A stretch of 64,000 nucleotides of DNA from Bigelowiella natans CCMP2755 (taxonomy: Eukaryota; Protista; Cercozoa). Below, one piece after another: positions 55,812-64,000 of the stretch. The notes under the pieces are model-generated. The model was not told where the DNA came from. It made no database searches and was given only the letters and a program-made list of their open reading frames with translations. The first letter of the stretch is position 1, and every line of letters starts with the position of its first letter. The stretch spans positions 40,922-104,921 of the forward strand of contig ADNK01001162.1 in NCBI GenBank assembly GCA_000320545.1, given 5' to 3'. Position numbers and translations under genes: made by a program.

Positions 55812-56302
55812 CCCTCCCCCCTTTTTTCTCTCTCTTTGGCTGTGAATATATCAAAATATTATTGTTGTGTCGTCGTCTGTCTGTCTGTCTGTCTTACTAT
55901 TATCATATTTATCACTGTTACCGCTCCTGCACTTTCTGGTCCACAGAGCAATCTTTGGCCATCAAATTTAAGAATCGATCCTAGTATGCATATATTCCAA
56001 TAAGAATTGGAATGATGATGATGATGAGGATGATGATGATGAAGCAGATGATAGGCTAATAGCTATATAACGATAAAAAACGCACAAAAAGAAGAAGAAA
56101 TGAGAAAGCTGCATAGTGCGACGATAACGAAGAGAAACATAGAAATCCTGAAAGTAAGTAAAAATGACTACGACACCCCGACACACAGTAATGGTATTTT
56201 GATGATGATGGTGGTGCTTAAACTACTACTACTACTACCTCCTCCAGCTGCTACAGTATGAATCTTCATGATGGGTGCTCTCATTCGTACGCCTGCAACC
56301 TG

Positions 56303-56335
<33 letters not shown>

Positions 56336-56819
56336 TGAACAACAACAAGTACAATGCCAAAATGATGATCAGCGATGTAGAATATAGTTACCATTCACTG
56401 AATTGCTGCACACATGATATATCTTCTCTGTCTGATTACCTCCGTATCGAAAGCCCTCTCAAATTCCCCATTATATAGGTGACACACGTCAGTTGAAGTG
56501 CCTCCCATATCAAACCCTAATACAACAATATAGGCAGTTATACTATGTTTTACCAACATTAAGAAACAGCCACTGATTAATTACTAGCAAATGGTAATAT
56601 CATTATCATCATCGTCATCATAATCAAACCGATGATATTGGTGATTCCCTCCGCACCACAGGTACGTGCTGCACCTGAAAGATGATGAAAGAGAGGAGGG
56701 GAGGGGAGAGGGAGAGGGAGAGAGTGTCGATCGTCCAGTATCATCAGTAAATCATTCATAACAGTACCAGCATATATTAAGTAGTAGTAGTAGTAATAGT
56801 AGTAATAGTATATATGTTG

Positions 56820-56890
<71 letters not shown>

Positions 56891-57574
56891 CTTTCCAAAT
56901 GACAAGGTTATTTGACCCACATCTATTGCCGCTATTTTTAATGTTATTAGTATTAGTAGTAATCTTCTATAATGTTTATTTTTAGTGATTATTACCAACA
57001 ATGCCTCCTGCAGGCCCGGAAAGAATGGAGTCCTTTGCATAGTTGTTGTATAATAGATAGATCAATAACACCAAATCATCATTAGCATCATCATGATCAT
57101 AGCATACTGTATTTTCAACTTCATCATTTCTATCCCCACTACAATTAAAACTACAACCTTTCCTTGAAATAAAGAAGCATCTGTCAGCCCTCCATTCGAC
57201 TTGTGGTGGTGACGATAACAAACAGATGTAGCAGAGGAAGAAGGAGAAGAAGAAGATGATGATGATGATGAAGATGGAGAAATACTGAGCAACATGTCAA
57301 ATGTTGGTGAATGTTTTGACCATAATAATCCTCCTCCTTCTCTTCATGATCATCACCATACTACTACTTAAGCACCTGCATAAACATGACTCTTGTGCCT
57401 TTTAAGTCGCCGGAAACTTGCTCCACGTATCTTCTTAGAATCGGAGTGAGATATGCATCAACAGTGGTAGTATCTCCCCTAGACACCATTTTTATCAAGG
57501 GAGAAACCTGAACAAGAAGAAGTAAGTAAATACATCTTACTACTCTTATCATTGCTTCTTTCTATTAGGATTCT

Positions 57575-57611
<37 letters not shown>

Positions 57612-57769
57612 CTCATGCGAGACAGATATCTGAGAAAAACCGATTTCTTGTGCTATTTTCTTGAGGATCTTCTCGTGGTTTGGGTACTTATAAGCATGAA
57701 CTAAGACGATTGCAACGCTCCTAATGCCCTGGTGGTGGGGGTGGTGGTGGTTGATGTTATTGTCATATA

Positions 57770-57804
<35 letters not shown>

Positions 57805-57937
57805 AACGATGAGGATGATGATGATGATGATGATAACGATGAGGATGATGATGATGATGATGATGATAAAGATGATGGTGACGATGAAGCAGGTTGTTAT
57901 AATACACCCAACTAGCAATAAGAGCAACTATTTAATA

Positions 57938-57970
<33 letters not shown>

Positions 57971-58195
57971 CTACATTATCAAATGCTTTCTTAAAGTCTT
58001 CTTTTGCCAAACTTTGATCCAGTGGCTCTAGCTCTATTGTTATTATCATCATGATCGTTAAGTTACAGTTAGCATAGAATCCTTCAACATATCAGCGCAC
58101 ATAGACGCAGTCACTTCTACAGTTAGCATAGAATCCTTCAACATATCAGCGCACATAGACGCAGTCACTTCTACACACATATGCAGAGAGAGAGA

Positions 58196-58231
<36 letters not shown>

Positions 58232-58381
58232 ACTCCTTCTACTCCTACTCCTCCTCCTCCTCCTCCTACTACTACTACTACTACTACTATTACTACCTGT
58301 TCCATCCGCTCCGTACCTTCCCAATACCTGCAAGAAACAGCAGCAGCAGCACCAGCAGCAGCGGCAGACAAGTAGTGGTGT

Positions 58382-58427
<46 letters not shown>

Positions 58428-58633
58428 CTCCAACAGAAAGAGAGAAAGGGGGAAACAGGGAGGGATTCACCAAACACAACAAGCACAAATGATAACAAAA
58501 TCGAGAAGATGGAGGAGGAAGAACCAGAGCTGTTTCTTCTCCCATGTCCTCCTCTTCTTCTTCTTCTTCTTCTTCTTCAGTAGCAGCAGTAGCAGCAACA
58601 CATTTATGAAGTATCAATCATCATGTGATTACT

Positions 58634-58664
<31 letters not shown>

Positions 58665-58851
58665 ATGGTGATGATATACTATTTCTCAAGTAAATCCCTA
58701 ACTGGAGGGAGGGGATTGGTGAATATCACCTCAACGACAGAGGAATACAGAAGCTCTGGTTTCTTTATTTCTCTTATTTTTGTAATACATTTATTATCAC
58801 AAAAACAACAACAACACCAACAACAACAATGGAGAACGTTGTTTGTGTGAT

Positions 58852-58894
<43 letters not shown>

Positions 58895-58941
58895 CTTCAA
58901 ATATGAACAACAATTGTCAGCAAAGAGGAGGCACTAAAAGA

Positions 58942-58983
<42 letters not shown>

Positions 58984-59712
58984 TATTTATTTAGACTATG
59001 ATTCACCACTATTACAACTCAATACTACTGCTGCTACTTGCACTTATCCTCTATATCTGCAACTGATGATAATTCCCTCCTCTTCCTTCTCCGCCTCCCA
59101 CCGCTGCTGCTACTACCATTACTACTAATTAAATATACTATTTTGCTGTCGTAGCGTGAATCATGCCAACCTATTAATACCTGGCAAATATGTTGGGCCT
59201 GTGCTGATACGCTATACGTAGCACATCACGGAATCCCTTGTTAGTCACCTTCGTCATTAACAAGGGGAGGGGGGGGGGTGGGGCATGATAAGGAGAGTAA
59301 TCTGATTGATGATGAAATCAAAGAATATGCAACAAGATCTCGAACGAGAAGACATCGCAGCGAGCGGCAGCAAACGATAATAGGCGACTTCTTCTTCTTC
59401 ATTTCCCATTCGACTTCTTTTGTTGCATTATTGTTATATCAATAGAATCATGCATTATAACGTGATGAATGCAATCAATCACCAGCAGAGTCCTCTCTCC
59501 TTTCCGTTCCAATAACGCATTCGTAGCTACAGTAGTACCCATTTTTACTGCCTTGATTCAATTTATAAAACACTTACTCAATTCGACTCAAAGCACCAGT
59601 GGTGGGTTGAGCGGAGTATATTGCTAGAATAGTTCGCTATGTTTTGCAATGGGTTCATGCTATATCCTGGTCATTCATAACTCTTTCTCTCTCTCTTTGG
59701 GTGTGTGTGCGT

Positions 59713-59753
<41 letters not shown>

Positions 59754-60064
59754 TCAGTGGTGGGTGATGAGCAAGGAAGTAACGTGCTTAAGCGGAATAT
59801 AAGTTTAGTTTCAACTATGGATATATGAGTGCTTTGTGTTGTCATGGCCGTCGCCATCTTGCACCAGCTGGTTCTGTAGATGATGACGCTAACATGTGTT
59901 TTTTGTTTCTGTGGGGTTATATTACTACTAAACCTCAATTTGGTCGCCTGGAATCGCATCATTTGTTCCCAATTCCAAGAACGATCGAATACCTTGGAGA
60001 GCTGCGATATAATGATCATTTCTGTTTAGGCTATTTGTTGTTGGTGGTAAAATGCTGCTGCTAC

Positions 60065-60098
<34 letters not shown>

Positions 60099-60580
60099 AT
60101 GGTGATGCGTTTTTAGTACTGAGAACAAATCAAATTATGATCATTCTAAAATTATCGAGTAAGTCAGATGTGTGTTTTGTCGCAGATAGTAATTTCTAAC
60201 TCAAACCGGCATCTCTGTAGACTTCTGGATTCTCAGAAAGGAACTTCCTTGTCTCCACTGTACCATCTGGCCTCTTGGCCACTACGTCGGTGAATGTTCC
60301 TACGTTGTTCCGTAATAGTGTGTGCATTACATGCTCATAATATAACTCGGTCATATCTTATTTCTAGATCACCTCCACGATCGATCCAAAACTCCCATTT
60401 CCGGTCGCTACGGCTGCTGGTTTCATTCAGGTTTGTGGATAGAGTACGACGACGACGGTGCGTTGGCTGCTCAAGTATCATCATCTTTGTCTTATCTCCG
60501 TGAGATCTCCTCCTCCACCACATAGATGGGGTAGACGTGGCAGCTGGAGCATAGAGTCGTAGACGGGGGGCAAGGTACAT
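42396..60580 (-). CDS. OPLAH: ATP-hydrolysing 5-oxoprolinase / fused hydantoinase A + hydantoinase B protein, about 62 exons, with N-terminal presequence
   Basis: Threaded exons give [153 protein letters not shown] and [12 protein letters not shown] (stop 42396). Confidence 0.95.
58065..58175. repeat. Perfect 54-bp tandem duplication (2 copies) in an oxoprolinase intron
   Basis: acagttagcatagaatccttcaacatatcagcgcacatagacgcagtcacttct x2. Confidence 0.9.
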
Positions 60581-60998
60581 CTTCGTGGATTGATTGGCCG
60601 ACTGCAACGGGGATGGGGGTCGTGGAGGAAGGTGTCCTACACCAATGTGAGAGGTATAGTTGTTGTTGTTCTTGTTGTTGTTGTTGTTTTAATTTTTAAT
60701 TTTTAACTAATAATTATTAGTATAGTTTGGTATCTGATGATGATGATGATAGTGAGATGATCATAATATCCTTGTACCGGTATGGAGTCAAAGGATGGAT
60801 GGCAAACAATATTCTTTATTCTAGGATATTTGTAGTATAATATTTTATCACAAGAAAAACAGCTTTAACAACAACAACGAACGGCTTCCTCCTTTGCCTC
60901 CCTGGTGCCGAACAAGTTCTGCGGGGAGAGGGGGGGGGACTGGAAGGAAAGCAACCACATTCGATATACGATCAAGGTAATAGATCGACAACGAACAA

Positions 60999-62148
60999 AT
61001 GGATTACAAGGAAGACCGAGGAAAGGAAGGCATTGTCCAGCCCCAACTACGAATTCGGTAGTAGTAGTAGAGGAGTAGTAGTAGATGTATTAGATACATA
61101 ATTTCCTCAGCGTTGAACACCCTATTCACTGGTTCTTCGACATCAATTGTCTCATATTTCACACCTGCTGCTTTGTTCGGTTGCTTGCTTGTTTGCTGGT
61201 TTGCTACTGCGCTTGCTGTGCTGTACTCTTACGTCATAAACAGCAGCAGCAGCAGTAGATACATCCGCTATATTTCAAGCTTTCATGACGACGTTCTTCT
61301 GCAAGCCCTAAAAGAACCAGTCCGATTTGAAGGGCCGAAAGGAGAACAAAAATGGTTGGAAAGTAGTAGTGATAATAAGTTGTACTATTTGTTACTCAAA
61401 CGATAAATTGAATCCTGAATAACCGACCAAAGATCATCGACTACAACTACAGCATGATATCAATCACTAAATAGATTTGTTGATCCTAATAAAAGGCATC
61501 AGCCTGTCTTTAATGACACCGCGGTGAGCATAACAAATGAATGTATTCGTAGGTACCCTGTGATAAAGCTGGTCATTATGAATTTTGTTAGAGGACTTAA
61601 GCGGCTAGAAACTAGGGGTAAACTCAAGGCCTGGAGAATCGAAGAAGACCATACGAAAAGACAGCAACGGCAGCATCAACAACGGGATCATAGTGGACAA
61701 GCAGAAGAGAATGATAATCCAAAAATCTTCCAGGTACAAACTAGCCATTATTCTCACCGCCGTTGCGGCAGTGACAGTATCATAATAGAATTTAAATACA
61801 TACCAAAATATGGAATTGGTATGAAGAGTTGTTATATTGCCTCCCTCTGAGACATATTATAATAACAATATTTATTATAATAACAGTAATGATAATACTT
61901 ATGATGATGCGTACTACTACAGTTGTGGCTACGGCATATCTGCAATAAAGAAGTTCCTATTGCGCAAGCAAAGCAGGTGGTAAAGTGGTGATAGCAATTG
62001 TGGTGATGGATGGTGAAGTGCTACCCTGCTGCTGCTGCTGCTGCTATATCCACACTGCATATACAATAAGAATATGCCTACATGAGAGCATTGCACAGAA
62101 CTAGTAGTAGCTTCGGAACGAAGAACACCTAGAATTGACTTGAAAGTA

Positions 62149-62180
<32 letters not shown>

Positions 62181-62543
62181 TGTTTGATGATCATGATCTA
62201 TGAATAGTACCATCCAGCCGTGCAAAAGGTTGATCATGATAATCATTTAGTTGATCCTTTCGTCGTCGGTTTTGACTTGTTGTATTACTCCACATGTCGT
62301 CACAACGATGATATTACGTTGTGCTCCTTTCTCTTCTTTTTCTCTTCCCATCCTAAAGTTGTATGATATTATAGTACTAATATTAGTAGTATAATACATG
62401 CAATCTGTTCTTATCAGTGTGCCCAAGAGGGTCAGAGGATGGTTGAGAAATTTGATCGTTATGACCGTAAAACAAAGAAGCTCATTGTTAAGGAGCCTTA
62501 CATCCTAGGTGGTTCATAGTAAAGCAGTCAGAATGCCATCATG

Positions 62544-62581
<38 letters not shown>

Positions 62582-63831
62582 GCTTAGGAGGTAGATCTAA
62601 TTTGGAGGAGTCTGTCGCTGTAAAAACATCTTCACAAGCATATTTAATGGTAAATTGTGGCTTTTTATACTAGCTTCTTCTTCTTCTTCTTCTTCTTCAT
62701 ATCCTGATATTGGTTAACTTGAATCACATATTATAGTCTCAGAAGAGGCAATGGGTGATATCAAAAAAGGACCCATTTGAAGACTTCAAGTTCTCACTTT
62801 CTCCAAGCGAGTAAGTAATCAAAAAATCTGCTCAAGAAATAATTCCATTGTAGCAGCAGCACCATTCTTCCCCTTGTATTAGTGTCATCATAATTATTAT
62901 CATCATCATCATCATCTTCTTCTTCTTCCTCTTCTATATGATGTTGGTTGAATAATATCCAATAGGCTGGATGCTTGGCCTCGAAGAAAATGTCCTAAAT
63001 GCGGTTAGTTAGTAAGCCTTAGCTGCTGCTCTGGCTTCATCATCATAGTGTGTGTGACGCGCGTGATGTTAGGATGAAAGCGATCGCTGAACTACTGGGG
63101 GCTATTATCATGATAATTGTGTTATTGTTCTATTTTCGTAGGAAAAAAATACAAAATCTACTGTCCGGTATGCTTAATCGAGCTGCCGCCATTATCTTCA
63201 TTGACGCATAAGAAGCAGCAGCACCAGCACCCTGTTTCTCCTTCTCCATCGCCCCCACCTTCTTCTTCTTCTTCTTCTTCTTCTTCTTCTTCTTCGGTTG
63301 GGCTACCACTACCACGAGTAAAACTCCCATTGAATGTCGAGATCATTCTTCACAAAGGGGTGGGTCAACCAATAAATTACTACTAACACTGATATTAATT
63401 ACATGCTATGTATTGATAATGTGAAGAAAGAAGCATGATGATGATGGTCATGATGAAAATGGTGAGGTAGTTTATAATATCGTCCTGAATCGATAGTGAG
63501 TCGTGACCACATCCTCTGTCTTCTCATCCCTCTTCTTCCTCTTCCTCTTCTTGCTCTCTTCCTCCTCTTCTTCTTCCTCCTGCTCACCCATGCTTGCAAA
63601 TTAGGAAAGTCGAAAGAGAAGCACAGCTTTGCATCTATGCGTTCTTGCCCCTGTATAGGAATTGAATTATTAATTTTACAATAGAGAAAAGGGGAGAAGG
63701 AGGAGGGGGAGGAGGAGGAAAAGTGTAGGGGGATTATTCATAATTTAGTGGTTGGAGGGTGTAGGGGGGGTATTCATAATTTAGTGGTTGGATGCTTGTG
63801 GATGGGAATTAGCTAATATATGCACATGTAT

Positions 63832-63909
<78 letters not shown>

Positions 63910-64000
63910 GAGAGCAAGTAGATTCGTACAATAAATTATAATGGTATCTGAGAAATAGCATGCACATACAACACATGTATTACTATTGCATAACTACTAC
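60999..64000 (+). CDS. DTWD1: DTW-domain tRNA-uridine aminocarboxypropyltransferase (DTWD1-like) with long N-terminal extension; truncated by the window end
   Basis: Exons PFEDFKFS, RRKCPKCG|KKYKIYCPVCL, LPRVKLPLNVEIILHK|ESRKRSTALHL match the DTWD1 N-terminal CxxC...YCxxC...VKLPL..I.H..E...STA.H pattern. The upstream exons include a hydrophobic segment. Confidence 0.72.
63722..63795. repeat. About 37-bp imperfect tandem duplication (intronic)
   Basis: gtgtagggggg(a)ttattcataatttagtggttgga, two near-identical copies. Confidence 0.75.

Larger units (their letters stand above)
1..64000. repeat. Pervasive intronic microsatellites: (TA)n, (CA)n, (GA)n, (TAG)n, (CAT)n, (GAA)n, (GGA)n, (CAA)n
   Basis: Directly visible in most introns. 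They generate the homopolymer amino-acid ORFs in the track. Confidence 0.95.

Noticed and set aside
58065-58175. Possible CRISPR-like repeat or duplicated exon
   Set aside because: There are only two adjacent copies with no spacer, and the flanking oxoprolinase exons join in frame without it.
1-64000. tRNA, rRNA, intact transposase/RT genes, alternative genetic code
   Set aside because: None recognised. The conserved genes thread with the standard code.

Overview
Eukaryotic nuclear DNA from a gene-dense, extremely intron-rich protist. Almost every intron carries di- or trinucleotide microsatellites, so most ORF-track entries are spurious. One N-terminus looks like a bipartite secondary-plastid leader, which suggests a chlorarachniophyte-like alga (inference). 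By threading exons manually I can support about 13 genes. These are a mitochondrial-type Lon protease (+), an intronless RRM/flavin-reductase-like fusion (-), a secreted Cys-rich protein (-), a glycosyltransferase-like protein (-), a beta-hydroxyacid dehydrogenase (-), an MpaB/Lcp-type oxygenase (+), a putatively plastid-targeted family-16 methyltransferase (-), a roughly 62-exon bacterial-type fused 5-oxoprolinase (-), a DTWD1-like gene running off the right edge (+), and several hypotheticals. The main unexplained signal is in the intergenic spacers 3' of genes. At 13.9-15.2, 29.8-30.3 and 41.2-42.4 kb (partially also 11.1-12.0, 19.5-20.2 and 36.0-36.5 kb), TpA is almost entirely absent except inside CTAG. 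TG/CA is abundant there, while CpG and A/T runs are retained. This looks like the footprint of a locus-targeted, context-specific TpA->TpG/CpA mutational process (a 'reverse RIP'), implying a DNA modification or editing system acting on non-genic DNA. Gene ends and exon counts are hand-derived and approximate.
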